This document shows positions 29,064 through 38,657 of a stretch of DNA of 64,000 nt, piece by piece (position 1 is the stretch's first letter; each line of letters begins with the position of its first letter). A model generated the notes under the pieces. The model saw only the letters and a list, made by a program, of their open reading frames with translations, was not told the origin of the DNA and ran no database searches. Location: assembly GCA_965250155.1 (NCBI GenBank), contig OZ252291.1, positions 382 to 64,381 on the forward strand. The letters run 5' to 3'. The position numbers and the translations under genes were made by a program. Origin of the DNA: Gemmatimonadales bacterium. Lineage in GTDB: Bacteria > Gemmatimonadota > Gemmatimonadetes > Gemmatimonadales > GWC2-71-9.

Positions 29064-29919
29064 AGAACCCTCGCCCGCTCTTGTTCCCCAGCCGTCCGGC
29101 GGCCACCATCTTCCGAAGCAGTGGGCAGGGACGATACTTGTCGTCGCCGAACCCCCGATGCAGCACCTCGAGAATGTCGAGGCACACGTCCAAACCTATG
29201 AGATCGGCTAGCGCAAGCGGACCCATCGGATGGTTCATGCCAAGCTTCATCACCGCATCGACAGTTTCCGGCTCGGCTACGCCCTCCATCACACAGAAGC
29301 ACGCTTCGTTGATCATCGGCATGAGCACCCTGTTGGAGACAAATCCCGGAAAATCATTCACCTCGACCGGAGTCTTTCCCAGCGATTTAGTGGCTTCCAC
29401 CACGGTAGCCATGGTTTCGTCCGACGTCTGGAGAGCACGAACGATCTCGACGAGGGGCATGACCGGAACGGGATTCATGAAGTGCATGCCTATCACCGAC
29501 TCGGGCCGCTTTGTCTGTGCCGCGATTTCAGTTATCGAAATCGACGACGTGTTGGTGGCGAGAATCACACCTTGGCCTGCCACTGCATCCATCTCGCGAA
29601 AGAGATCGAACTTCAAATCCGGCTTTTCCGTAACCGCTTCGACGATCAACTCCGCTCCGTCTATGGCACCGACGTCCGTCGACGTGTTGATCCGGTCCAG
29701 CGCAGCGTCACGCTCGTCGGTTGTGAGCTTTTCCCTCTTGATCTGACGGTCCATGTTCTTGCGAATCATCGCCAGTCCGCGCTCGAGGACTTCTCGCGAC
29801 ACATCGATCAATCGCACGTCGCAGCCCGACTGCGCAAAGACGTGCGCGATGCCGCTGCCCATGGTTCCCGCACCCACTACGGCCACTCTGTTCAAATCCA
29901 CCTCCAATGGCCCAACCAA
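29050..29919 (-). CDS. hbd: 3-hydroxybutyryl-CoA dehydrogenase (true start probably about 29895)
   Basis: VAVVGAGTMGSGIAHVFA, NTSSISIT, PMGPLALADLIGLDV. Confidence 0.9.
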   Translation of the reverse strand: MVGPLEVDLNRVAVVGAGTMGSGIAHVFAQSGCDVRLIDVSREVLERGLAMIRKNMDRQIKREKLTTDERDAALDRINTSTDVGAIDGAELIVEAVTEKPDLKFDLFREMDAVAGQGVILATNTSSISITEIAAQTKRPESVIGMHFMNPVPVMPLVEIVRALQTSDETMATVVEATKSLGKTPVEVNDFPGFVSNRVLMPMINEACFCVMEGVAEPETVDAVMKLGMNHPMGPLALADLIGLDVCLDILEVLHRGFGDDKYRPCPLLRKMVAAGRLGNKSGRGFYAYS

Positions 29920-29922
29920 CCC

Positions 29923-30030
29923 GGGGAGTCAGGAGTGGGGAGTGGTCCGCCCCCGCCCCGGCCCCCATCACCGCGAAAGCGTGGCTGGGCTGGGAGACCC
30001 ACTCCCTACTCTCCACTCCCTACTCCCACT
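29923..30030. repeat. Long imperfect inverted repeat built from GGGAGT/ACTCCC units
   Basis: Left arm GGGGAGTCAGGAGTGGGGAGTGG (29923-29945). Right arm CCCACTCCCTACTCTCCACTCCCTACTCCCACT (29998-30030). It lies in the intergenic region upstream of hbd. Confidence 0.6.
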
Positions 30031-30043
30031 TCTCGCCTCTCAC

Positions 30044-30069
30044 TAAAAAGGCGCTCATCTGAGCGCCTT
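30044..30069 (-). terminator. Intrinsic terminator of bioY
   Basis: The minus strand reads AAGGCGCT-CAGATG-AGCGCCTT followed by TTT, and overlaps the bioY stop codon. Confidence 0.75.
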
Positions 30070-30624
30070 CGTCTTGTCGCCGAATCTGCGAATAAGCAGG
30101 GCTGCGAGTACCAACTTGATGAGGTCGTTGGCCAAGAACGGCAACGACCCGAGGCGGACCGCCCTCGCCAGGTCGCCACCCAACGCGGCCAGCTGCGCGA
30201 CCCCACCGGCGTGTATCACGACCAAGCCGACAACGACTGCAATCGCTACGCGACCCCACGACCGGCCGCCCGCGGCCAGGAGTCCCGTGAGACCCGCCGC
30301 CACGGGAAATGCCAGCAGATATCCTCCTGTCGGACCGAACAAACGGGCGACACCGGGCGCGCCCATTGGAGCGAATACCGGAAGGCCCGCCGTTCCCAGC
30401 GCCAAATACAATACCAAGCTCGCTGCACCCACGCGTGGACCCAGCAAACCCCCGACCAGCAACACAGCGGGCACCTGAAGCGTGAGCGGCACCGGAGTAC
30501 CAGGCAGCGGGATCGCCACCTGGGCGCCCAGCGCGACCAACAAAGCACCCAGGACAAGGGAAATCACTCGCCACAGCGGCAACGAGTGTGCCGCTGCGAC
30601 CGCCGAGACATGTACTGTTGCCAT
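30055..30624 (-). CDS. bioY: Biotin transporter BioY
   Basis: Six hydrophobic segments and GPTGGYLLAFPVAAGLTG, characteristic of BioY. Confidence 0.85.
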   Translation of the reverse strand: MATVHVSAVAAAHSLPLWRVISLVLGALLVALGAQVAIPLPGTPVPLTLQVPAVLLVGGLLGPRVGAASLVLYLALGTAGLPVFAPMGAPGVARLFGPTGGYLLAFPVAAGLTGLLAAGGRSWGRVAIAVVVGLVVIHAGGVAQLAALGGDLARAVRLGSLPFLANDLIKLVLAALLIRRFGDKTKALR

Positions 30625-30627
30625 AGT

Positions 30628-31818
30628 TTACACTCGCTCCACACTGAGGGCGACGGCGTTCCCACCACCCAGGCACAGGGTAGCCAGGCCACGCACGACA
30701 TTGCGCTGCTGCATAGCGTACAGCAGCGTGGTGAGCACGCGGGCGCCGCTGGCCCCGATCGGATGCCCGAGCGCAACCGCACCGCCGTTCACGTTCACGC
30801 GGTCCCAATCCCAACTGAGGGCTTTCCCATTCGCCAGGGCCTGGACGGCGAAGGCCTCGTTCACCTCGATGAGATCGTAATCACCGATTTCTGCTTCGTC
30901 CTTCTCCATCAGATTCTGCACCGCAACGATCGGAGCGAAGAACAGGTCTCGCGGCTCCCCACCGCCCGTCGCGTAATTGGTGACACGCGCCAAGATCTCC
31001 AAGCCATGCGCTCCGGCAAACGCCTCGGATGCCACCACCAGCGCGCTGGCCCCGTCGTTCAACCCCGGAGCGTTGCCTGCCGTAACCGTGCCGTCCTTCT
31101 GGAAGGCAGCCCTCAGCTTGCCGAGCGCCTCGAGGGTCGTATCCTTCCTGGGAGACTCGTCGGTATCGACGACGGTCGCCCCCTTACGACCCCGGATTTC
31201 CACCGGCACTATCTCGGAAGCAAAACGGCAGTTCCCAATGGCGTCGGTCGCCTTCCGGTGACTGTTGAGGGCAAACTCGTCCTGTTCCCGGCGCGAGATC
31301 TGAGCCTTCTCGACCGTGTACTCTGCATGTTCTCCCATGTGGCAGTCGCCGAAAGAACACCAGAGTCCGTCGTGGATCAGCCCGTCCTTCAACTCCTGAT
31401 TGCCGAACTTGACCCCATCACGCATGCCCCGCAGGTAGTGAGGGGTGTTTGACATCGATTCCATGCCGCCTGCGATGACGCACCGGGCATCCCCGGCCTT
31501 GATGGCCTGAGCCGCCAGCATCACGGCCTTGAGCCCCGAGCCGCATACCTTGTTGATCGTCACCGAAGGCGCCGTTCCCGGAATCCCCCCGCGCACCGCC
31601 GCCTGTCGAGCGGGCGCCTGCCCCTCCCCTCCCTGCAATACGTTTCCCATGATGACTTCGTCCACCGCCGCAGGCTCGATACCCGCACGGTCCACCGCTT
31701 CGCGGATGACGATCGCCCCTAGATCGGTGGCCTGGAGTTTCGCCAAACCGCCCAAATAGCGGCCAATGGGTGTCCGCGTGGCACTCAGAAGGACCGCAGT
31801 TGTTTCACTATTCGACAC
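30628..31818 (-). CDS. Acetyl-CoA C-acetyltransferase (thiolase)
   Basis: NKVCGSGLKAV (active-site Cys), NVNGGAVALGHPIGASGAR, CLGGGNAVA. Confidence 0.93.
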   Translation of the reverse strand: MSNSETTAVLLSATRTPIGRYLGGLAKLQATDLGAIVIREAVDRAGIEPAAVDEVIMGNVLQGGEGQAPARQAAVRGGIPGTAPSVTINKVCGSGLKAVMLAAQAIKAGDARCVIAGGMESMSNTPHYLRGMRDGVKFGNQELKDGLIHDGLWCSFGDCHMGEHAEYTVEKAQISRREQDEFALNSHRKATDAIGNCRFASEIVPVEIRGRKGATVVDTDESPRKDTTLEALGKLRAAFQKDGTVTAGNAPGLNDGASALVVASEAFAGAHGLEILARVTNYATGGGEPRDLFFAPIVAVQNLMEKDEAEIGDYDLIEVNEAFAVQALANGKALSWDWDRVNVNGGAVALGHPIGASGARVLTTLLYAMQQRNVVRGLATLCLGGGNAVALSVERV

Positions 31819-31932
31819 AATTCACCTGATCGTTTTGCTGGAAAGCCCAATATCCGGGTCCGGCGCCAGCGTGGTCCGGGAGGGACAAGCGCAGAGCCGG
31901 GGAGGAAAGTTACACGGACGGTCCCTGCATTC

Positions 31933-33882
31933 TCAACCTGCGGGTGAGCGTGGACGTTCCCGGATTTGCTTCAAGACGCGCTCGACGAACGCGTCCACGG
32001 GCATGATCTCCTGTTTCTTACCGGCTCCCCGTACACGAACGGCTACCGTGCCGTTTTCCACCTCGCGCTTGCCGACCACCGCCATGTAGGGAACCTTCAT
32101 GATCTCGCCGTCACGCACGCGATAATTCAGCGTCTCGCTCCGGTCATCGACACTCGATCGAACCCCCGCCGTCCGCAAACGCCGGTGGATATCGGAGGCT
32201 TCACTCGCCAGGTCGTCCGTGATGGGAATGACCCGGACCTGCTCCGGTGAGATCCACACCGGGAATGCCCCGGCAAAATGCTCGATGAGCATCCCCACGA
32301 ATCGCTCCATGGTGCCGTAGATAGCTCGATGGATCATCACAGGGCGATGCGGTTTGTTGTCGGGGCCGACGTACTCCAACCCGAACCTCTCGGGAAGCTG
32401 GTAGTCGAGCTGAATCGTCGCACCCTGCCACTCCCGACCGATGGCATCGCGTATCTTGATGTCGATCTTGGGCCCGTAGAACGCGCCTCCTCCCTCGTCG
32501 ACTCCGTACGTGATGTTCTTCCGCTCTAGTGCCCCGAGCAGCGCTTTCTCAGCGATGTCCCACACGTCTTCGGACCCGATTTTTTTCTCCGGCCTGGTGG
32601 CGAAGTCCAGGCGATACTCCAGGCCGAACGTCTTGTTCAGCACGAGGTCAGCCAGATCGAGCATGCCGTATATTTCATCTTCGATCTGGTCCTCGCTGCA
32701 AAAGATATGCGCGTCGTCCATCGTGAGGCCGCGCACGCGCAGCATACCATGCAGGGTTCCCGACCGCTCGTTGCGGTAGACGTTGGCCACCTCCGCCAGC
32801 CTGATGGGTAACTCCCGGTAGGACCGGTGCCGCGATGCATACACCAAGGCATGCATCGGGCAATTCATCGGCTTCACTCGATAGCGCACGCCTTCCGCGT
32901 CACCCGCCGCCGCGGCCATCCCCGGAAACTGGTCGTCTTCGTACAGGGGCAGGTGCCCGGATCGAAAAAAAAGTTGTTCCTTCGTGACATGAGGCGTGTA
33001 AACCAGGTCGTAGCCACGGCGCAAGACCTCATCCTCAATGAAGCGGCGCAACTCGAACTGGATGGTAGCCCCCCGCGGGTGCCACAAGATCTGCCCGGGG
33101 CCCACGTCCTCCTGGATGCTGAACAGATCGAGTTTCTTACCGATGATACGGTGGTCGCGCTTGCGGGCTTCTTCGAGGCGCGTGAGGTATTGGTCGAGGT
33201 CCTTTTTGTTGAACCAGGCTGTCCCGTAAATCCGCTGGAGCATCTGGCGGCGCTCGTCGCCCCGCCAATACGCCCCTGCGGCATGCAGCAACTTGAAGTG
33301 CTTGAGGCGACCCGTTGCCGGCAGGTGCGCTCCGCGGCAGAGGTCGACGAACGGGCCGTCGGTATACACAGAGATGACCTCATCGTCGCCCAACTCTTCG
33401 ATCCGCTCCAGCTTGAGCGGGTCGTCCTTGAATCGTTTTTCCGCTTCGTCCCGATCGACCTCTTCGCGCACGAAGGGAAAGTTCTCCCTCACCACTTCGT
33501 GCATCCGCTTTTCGATCGTTTCGAGATCTTCAGGGGTGAAGGGACGCTGGACCTCGAAGTCGTAGTAGAAGCCATCTTGGATCGCGGGTCCGAAGCCGAT
33601 GTTCGCCTCCGGGTAGAGCTGTCGCACCGCCGTCGCCAGGATGTGCGCGGCCGAGTGCCGCAACACGTCGAGAGCTTCCGGCTGGCGTTCCGTCAGGATT
33701 TCGAGCGAAACGGTTTGGCGGATCGGCCGTTCTAGATCCCATACCTCACCATCAACCTTGGCAGCGAGAGCGGCGTGGGCGAGACCGGCGCCTATGTTCT
33801 CGGCCACCTGCAGCGCCGTCGTCCCGGCCGGAAACTCGTGGATCGAGCCATCTGGCAGGTTGATCGAGATGGAGTTCGTCAT
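31933..33882 (-). CDS. thrS: Threonine--tRNA ligase
   Basis: TGS domain N-terminus, HSAAHIL, class II core FRNERSGTLHGMLRVRG, 649 aa. Confidence 0.97.
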   Translation of the reverse strand: MTNSISINLPDGSIHEFPAGTTALQVAENIGAGLAHAALAAKVDGEVWDLERPIRQTVSLEILTERQPEALDVLRHSAAHILATAVRQLYPEANIGFGPAIQDGFYYDFEVQRPFTPEDLETIEKRMHEVVRENFPFVREEVDRDEAEKRFKDDPLKLERIEELGDDEVISVYTDGPFVDLCRGAHLPATGRLKHFKLLHAAGAYWRGDERRQMLQRIYGTAWFNKKDLDQYLTRLEEARKRDHRIIGKKLDLFSIQEDVGPGQILWHPRGATIQFELRRFIEDEVLRRGYDLVYTPHVTKEQLFFRSGHLPLYEDDQFPGMAAAAGDAEGVRYRVKPMNCPMHALVYASRHRSYRELPIRLAEVANVYRNERSGTLHGMLRVRGLTMDDAHIFCSEDQIEDEIYGMLDLADLVLNKTFGLEYRLDFATRPEKKIGSEDVWDIAEKALLGALERKNITYGVDEGGGAFYGPKIDIKIRDAIGREWQGATIQLDYQLPERFGLEYVGPDNKPHRPVMIHRAIYGTMERFVGMLIEHFAGAFPVWISPEQVRVIPITDDLASEASDIHRRLRTAGVRSSVDDRSETLNYRVRDGEIMKVPYMAVVGKREVENGTVAVRVRGAGKKQEIMPVDAFVERVLKQIRERPRSPAG

Positions 33883-34031
33883 CCGAGGCCCGGGATGGAC
33901 GACTCCAGCAGCGGCTGCGGAGTATTCCCAAACACAAAGAAGAGTGCGAGCCCCACAAGCACCAGTACGGCCACGATCACCGACTGGATCAGGGGCTTTC
34001 GGCTCAAGTAAGCTGGGTGCCCGGACGTCAT
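33879..34031 (-). CDS. Possible 50-aa single-TM protein translationally coupled to thrS
   Basis: MTSGHPAYLSRKPLIQSVIVAVLVLVGLALFFVFGN.... Its stop overlaps the thrS ATG (GGATGA). It is only the last 50 codons of the 268-aa listed ORF. Confidence 0.35.
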   Translation of the reverse strand: MTSGHPAYLSRKPLIQSVIVAVLVLVGLALFFVFGNTPQPLLESSIPGLG

Positions 34032-34082
34032 CCGTTGATAAAGTCGCAGGGTTCGTACATTGTTAGGAGAGTTAAGTTTAGC

Positions 34083-34541
34083 ATGTACCCATGGACCATG
34101 GGAGGGGCGTTGCAAGGGAGCGGACGAGAATCCGGTAGCGGGCTTGGCCTCGCACTCACAGGCGCAGTCGGCTTTGGTGCCGGGCTGCTGTTCGGACTCG
34201 TCGCCGGAGGGCTGGTGGGCGACGTGGGTTCGGGTCGCGTAGGGCGCGTGGTGCGGCGATTGCGTCCCAGCGACGACGAAGAGTCGGCGGGCGAGGATGC
34301 CGAGCGGGTCGAGCACGAGCTGCTCGAGGTTCTCAAGCGCAACCCGACGACGCGCCACCAGAACCTCACAGTCCTCGCGCTGGGCGGCGGTCTCGTCGAG
34401 CTGACCGGCACCGTGCCTGACGAGACGACACGGGAGCTGGCTGCGCATCTGGCGCGCGGCGTGCTGGGTGGGGATGTGATCGTCAACCGCATCCTCGTCG
34501 AGGGTACGGACACCAGCCAGCAGTCTGCGGTAGTCTCCTAA
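34083..34541 (+). CDS. BON domain protein with Gly-rich membrane segment
   Basis: LTVLALGGGLVELTGTVPDETTRELAAHLARGVLGGDVIVNRILV is a BON-like motif; upstream is the hydrophobic stretch GAVGFGAGLLFGLVAGGLVG. Confidence 0.6.
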   Translation: MYPWTMGGALQGSGRESGSGLGLALTGAVGFGAGLLFGLVAGGLVGDVGSGRVGRVVRRLRPSDDEESAGEDAERVEHELLEVLKRNPTTRHQNLTVLALGGGLVELTGTVPDETTRELAAHLARGVLGGDVIVNRILVEGTDTSQQSAVVS

Positions 34542-34719
34542 GAGCCTCTGCCCTCTGCGGGTACGGGGTCGGAGGTTAGCTGCGGGAGAAAGCAGGTTGA
34601 AGCGGATTCCCTTCCCCACCACAATCTGTTTTTGACCTAGCTGATTGTTGGAAGTTATGATGAACACTCGTGAGCAGACCCTCAATCCGCGGCTATCCGC
34701 GGCCGAATAGTCTCTACCG

Positions 34720-37398
34720 ATGCCAGAACGTGAGCTCGCTCCACGATACGATCCTGCGGCGATTGAATCGGCCGTCTATCAAAGATGGATCGACGCCGAC
34801 ATCTTCACGGCCGACCGAACGTCGGGTAAAGATCCGTACGTCATAGTCATCCCGCCGCCGAACGTCACCGCCGTGCTGCATATGGGGCAAGGGCTCAACA
34901 ATACGCTCCAGGACGTAATCATCCGGTTCGAAAGGATGCGCGGCCGGGAGGTGTTGTGGCTTCCCGGCACCGACCACGCAGGCATCGCCACCCAGAACGT
35001 GGTGGAGCGCGCGCTGGTGAAGGAAGGTAAGACGCGACAAGAGTTGGGACGAGAAGCTTTCGTGGAGCGGGTGTGGAAACACGTCGAGTGGGCCGGCGGC
35101 ACTATCCTAAATCAGCTCAAGGCGATCGGCGCGTCGTGCGACTGGTCTCGCACGCGGTTCACGCTGGACGAAGATTATTCTGCCGCCGTCAAGCGGGTGT
35201 TCGTGCAGCTCCACGACGACGGCCTCGTGTATCGCGGTCATCGAGTGATCCACTGGTGCCCGCGGTGTTTGACATCGTTATCCGACGAAGAAGCCGAGTT
35301 TCACGATCGCGAAGGCCGACTGTGGCACATCCGCTACCCCCTCACCGACGGCTCTGGTCAGGGACACGTAACGGTGGCAACCACGCGGCCCGAGACGATG
35401 TTCGGCGATGTATGTCTGGTGCACCACCCAGACGACGAACAGCACCGAGCGGTCACTGGCAAGACCGTGCGCATCCCCTTGACCGACGTCGGCATTCCCA
35501 TAGACGTGAGCTCGGCCGTCGAGCAGGAGTTTGGCACGGGCATGCTCAAGGTCACACCGGCCCACGACGCAAATGACTTCGACATCGCAAACGGAATGGA
35601 TCGGGAACTGGACCGTCCGGTGGTCATCGACGAACACGCGCGCATGGTCCACACGGACCGAGTGCCCGATGTGTTGCGCGGCCTCGATCGCGACGAGGCA
35701 CGCAAGAAGCTGGTCGAGTTGTTGAAGTCCGACGGCCTTTTGGCGAAGGAAGAGCCGTATCAACACGCAGTCCGGCAATGTTATCGTTGCGGAACGGTTG
35801 TGGAACCCCGCCTCTCCGACCAATGGTTCGTCGACATGCAAGGCCTAGCCAAGCCGGCGCTAAAGGCGCACCGCGAAGGGAAAGTGCGATTCATTCCCGA
35901 GCGTTGGGGCAAGGTGTATGAAAAGTGGCTCACCGAGATCCGCGACTGGAACATCTCCCGCCAGCTCTGGTGGGGACATCGCATCCCCGCCTGGTACTGC
36001 GAGGCGGAGGGTTGTGGGAAGATCATAGTTTCCGAGGACGAACCCGAAACGTGTGACTGCGGGGCTGCGCTGCGCAGGGACGAAGACGTGTTGGACACCT
36101 GGTTCTCCTCTTGGCTGTGGCCGTTTGCAACGCTGGGCTGGCCAAAAGAGACCGAGGACCTGAAACATTTCTACCCGGGACACACCCTGGTTACGGGACC
36201 CGATATCATTTTCTTCTGGGTCGCCCGCATGATCATGGGAGGTTACTACTGTCTGGGGGAGCGTCCGTTCGAGACGGTATACTTGAACGGCATCGTGCGC
36301 GATTCTTTACATCGCAAAATGTCCAAGTCCCTGGGAAACGGCATCGATCCGCTGGACGTCGTGGAACGGTACGGCGCAGACGCGTTGCGCTACACTGCGG
36401 TGGCAGGTGCTGCGGCCGGTGCCGACGTGATCATGGACCGGGACGACATGGACGCCACGTTCGCCGCGGGGCGAAACCTCGGAAACAAGCTCTGGAACGT
36501 AGCGCGTTTCATCCTGTCCAATCTCGACGGTACGCCGCCGTCGCTGAGCGACGTCGATACCTCCCAACTAGAGCCGGCCGACCGCTGGATTCTGTCGCGG
36601 CTGCAACACGCTACCCGGGAGGTGACAGACCACCTCGACGCGTTTCGATTGAACGAGGCCGCCGGTGCAGTGTACCATTTTCTGTGGGACGAGTTGGCTG
36701 ACTGGTACGTCGAGCAGGTGAAGCCGCGGTTACAAGGTAAGGCACCGGGTGGCGACGCGGCGCGCGCGACACTCATCGCCACCTTTGAAACAACGCTGCG
36801 GCTGTTGCACCCGATCATGCCGTTCATCACTGAGGAATTGTGGAACTGTATGCCCGGCGAGCGCGAGCCGGTGTTGGCCGGCGCGGCGTGGCCCGTACCG
36901 CGGGCCGATCTCGTCGACGCCGATTCCGAGGAGCGGTTCGAACTGGTGCGGTCGCTGGTGAGCGCTATCCGTACGATCCGCGCGGAATACGGAGTGAAAC
37001 CGGGCGAGGGGGTTCGGGCGGCGGTCGAGACGGCTTCGAACCTTGCTCGGGAGGCGATCGAAGCGGAACTGGGAACCGTGGAGCGACTGGCCAAAGTGGA
37101 GGAACTCACGTTGGACGGCTTCGATGAGTCCGTAGGCGCCCATGCGGTGTTGCCGGACGGTACAGCGGTCTTCGTCCCGTTGGGGGACACCATCGACGTT
37201 GCCGCCGAGTGCGACCGCTTGGCTGGGGAGATGGAGCGTCTCGACAAGCAGCTCCACGCGGTGACGGCCAAGCTCGCAAACAAAAACTTTACCACACGCG
37301 CGCCCGCCGAGGTGGTCGAGCGTGAACGCCGGAAGGAGCAAACGTGGCGGGATCAGCGCGATACGCTGGCGGCCAAGCGGCGCTCACTGGGCTGCTAG
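34720..37398 (+). CDS. valS: Valine--tRNA ligase
   Basis: PPPNVTAVLHMGQ (HIGH), KMSKSLGN (KMSKS), C-terminal coiled coil, 892 aa. Confidence 0.97.
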   Translation: MPERELAPRYDPAAIESAVYQRWIDADIFTADRTSGKDPYVIVIPPPNVTAVLHMGQGLNNTLQDVIIRFERMRGREVLWLPGTDHAGIATQNVVERALVKEGKTRQELGREAFVERVWKHVEWAGGTILNQLKAIGASCDWSRTRFTLDEDYSAAVKRVFVQLHDDGLVYRGHRVIHWCPRCLTSLSDEEAEFHDREGRLWHIRYPLTDGSGQGHVTVATTRPETMFGDVCLVHHPDDEQHRAVTGKTVRIPLTDVGIPIDVSSAVEQEFGTGMLKVTPAHDANDFDIANGMDRELDRPVVIDEHARMVHTDRVPDVLRGLDRDEARKKLVELLKSDGLLAKEEPYQHAVRQCYRCGTVVEPRLSDQWFVDMQGLAKPALKAHREGKVRFIPERWGKVYEKWLTEIRDWNISRQLWWGHRIPAWYCEAEGCGKIIVSEDEPETCDCGAALRRDEDVLDTWFSSWLWPFATLGWPKETEDLKHFYPGHTLVTGPDIIFFWVARMIMGGYYCLGERPFETVYLNGIVRDSLHRKMSKSLGNGIDPLDVVERYGADALRYTAVAGAAAGADVIMDRDDMDATFAAGRNLGNKLWNVARFILSNLDGTPPSLSDVDTSQLEPADRWILSRLQHATREVTDHLDAFRLNEAAGAVYHFLWDELADWYVEQVKPRLQGKAPGGDAARATLIATFETTLRLLHPIMPFITEELWNCMPGEREPVLAGAAWPVPRADLVDADSEERFELVRSLVSAIRTIRAEYGVKPGEGVRAAVETASNLAREAIEAELGTVERLAKVEELTLDGFDESVGAHAVLPDGTAVFVPLGDTIDVAAECDRLAGEMERLDKQLHAVTAKLANKNFTTRAPAEVVERERRKEQTWRDQRDTLAAKRRSLGC

Positions 37399-38657
37399 GG
37401 CCGTTCCTGGGCTGTGCCGTCGTCGGCCTCGTCGGTGCGTGCGCGAGCATGCAGCCGCCGCCCGGCGCACCTTTTGATCCCGACCCACCGATCCTTCTTG
37501 CAGCCACCCCTGATTCCGGCACCGTTGTTACCAGGTTCGACGATGTCGTCGAGTTTCAGTTCGACGAGGTCATTGTGGAGGAAGGCCTGGAACGCCTGGT
37601 TACCATCTCTCCGCGTCACGACGAGCTTCGCGTTTTGTGGAAGCGGCGACGATTCACGGTCAAACCGCGAGATGGTTGGCATCCCAACGCCGTCTACCAG
37701 GTGACCCTGCTGCCGGGCGTGTCCGACCTGCAAAACAACCAAACCGAGGAAAGAACGACCATCGTGTTTTCCACTGGCGGCGACATTCCCAATACACGCA
37801 TCACGGGATCGGTAGTGAACTGGGAAGGTGGACAGATGGCACGCAACGCGCTGGTGGAAGCCGTCCGTTTGCCGGACTCGCTCACGTATGTCGGTTCGAC
37901 CGATTTACTCGGCATGTTTGAGCTGTTTTTCTTGCCGCCGGGAACGTACCTGCTACGAGTCGGCATCGACGGAAACAACAACCAACGGATCGACACCCGC
38001 GAGCCCTACGACTCGGCTACCGTGGTGTTCTCGGACTCCCTCTTGACTCGAGATTTCTGGACGTTTCGTCATGATACCGTAGGCCCACGCGTAAACGATC
38101 TCATCCTCGTCGACAGCCAGAGCGTGGCGATCGAGTTCGATCAAATGTCGGGGCTAACGCTTCCCGGCGCTGACGCGTTCGCCGTGTGGGAACTTCCCGA
38201 CTCCAACCGCGTGCCGGTGAATCGGGTTCTGCTGCGAGCGGAATTCGACTCGCTACGACAAACGGCAGCCGATTCCGCGGCGGCGGCGGACTCGGCGGCG
38301 GCGGACTCGCTGCGGGCCGCGCTGCCCGATTCGCTGGGCGTCGCCCTTGACTCGGCGGGAGCCCCGATCGACTCGGCAGCGCTGGCCCCGCCCGACACGG
38401 TCGTGGCCGACACCACGCAAGGCGCCGTACCAGCCGACTCCCTCGCCGCAGCGGCCGCAGCGGACAGCATACGCACCGCTCTCATCCTGGCTCAACGCCC
38501 GACGTTGTTTTCGGAGGTTGTCATCACCACCGTCGAGCCGCTCGAGCCGGGAACGCGTTATTGGGTGGAAGCAACCGTCTCCAATCTCCTGGGAGCCGCG
38601 CTCCAATCGGGTAGATTCCTCACCGTCCCAGCCGTGGCAGAACCGGATTCCACATGA
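37344..38657 (+). CDS. Lipoprotein with Ig-like (SbsA/Big_5-type) N-terminal domain and Asp-Ser-Ala-rich repeats
   Basis: Lipobox LVGAC is only present with the ATG at 37344, which overlaps the valS 3' end by 55 nt. The stop overlaps the selA ATG (ATGA). Confidence 0.6.
   Translation: MAGSARYAGGQAALTGLLGPFLGCAVVGLVGACASMQPPPGAPFDPDPPILLAATPDSGTVVTRFDDVVEFQFDEVIVEEGLERLVTISPRHDELRVLWKRRRFTVKPRDGWHPNAVYQVTLLPGVSDLQNNQTEERTTIVFSTGGDIPNTRITGSVVNWEGGQMARNALVEAVRLPDSLTYVGSTDLLGMFELFFLPPGTYLLRVGIDGNNNQRIDTREPYDSATVVFSDSLLTRDFWTFRHDTVGPRVNDLILVDSQSVAIEFDQMSGLTLPGADAFAVWELPDSNRVPVNRVLLRAEFDSLRQTAADSAAAADSAAADSLRAALPDSLGVALDSAGAPIDSAALAPPDTVVADTTQGAVPADSLAAAAAADSIRTALILAQRPTLFSEVVITTVEPLEPGTRYWVEATVSNLLGAALQSGRFLTVPAVAEPDST

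Noticed and set aside
29230-31452. 740-aa plus-strand ORF (longest in the window after valS)
   Set aside because: It is antisense to hbd, bioY and the thiolase gene. It is His/Arg/Gln-rich nonsense spanning three independent genes and an intergenic palindrome.
33879-34685. 268-aa minus-strand ORF upstream of thrS
   Set aside because: Most of it is antisense to the BON-domain gene and Arg-rich. Only the last 50 codons (33879-34031) look like a real small membrane protein.
38260-38480. Repetitive GAC-TCG-GCn (Asp-Ser-Ala) stretch
   Set aside because: It lies within the lipoprotein coding frame (ADSAAAADSAAADSLRAALPDSLGVALDSAG…). This is low-complexity coding sequence, not an independent repeat element.
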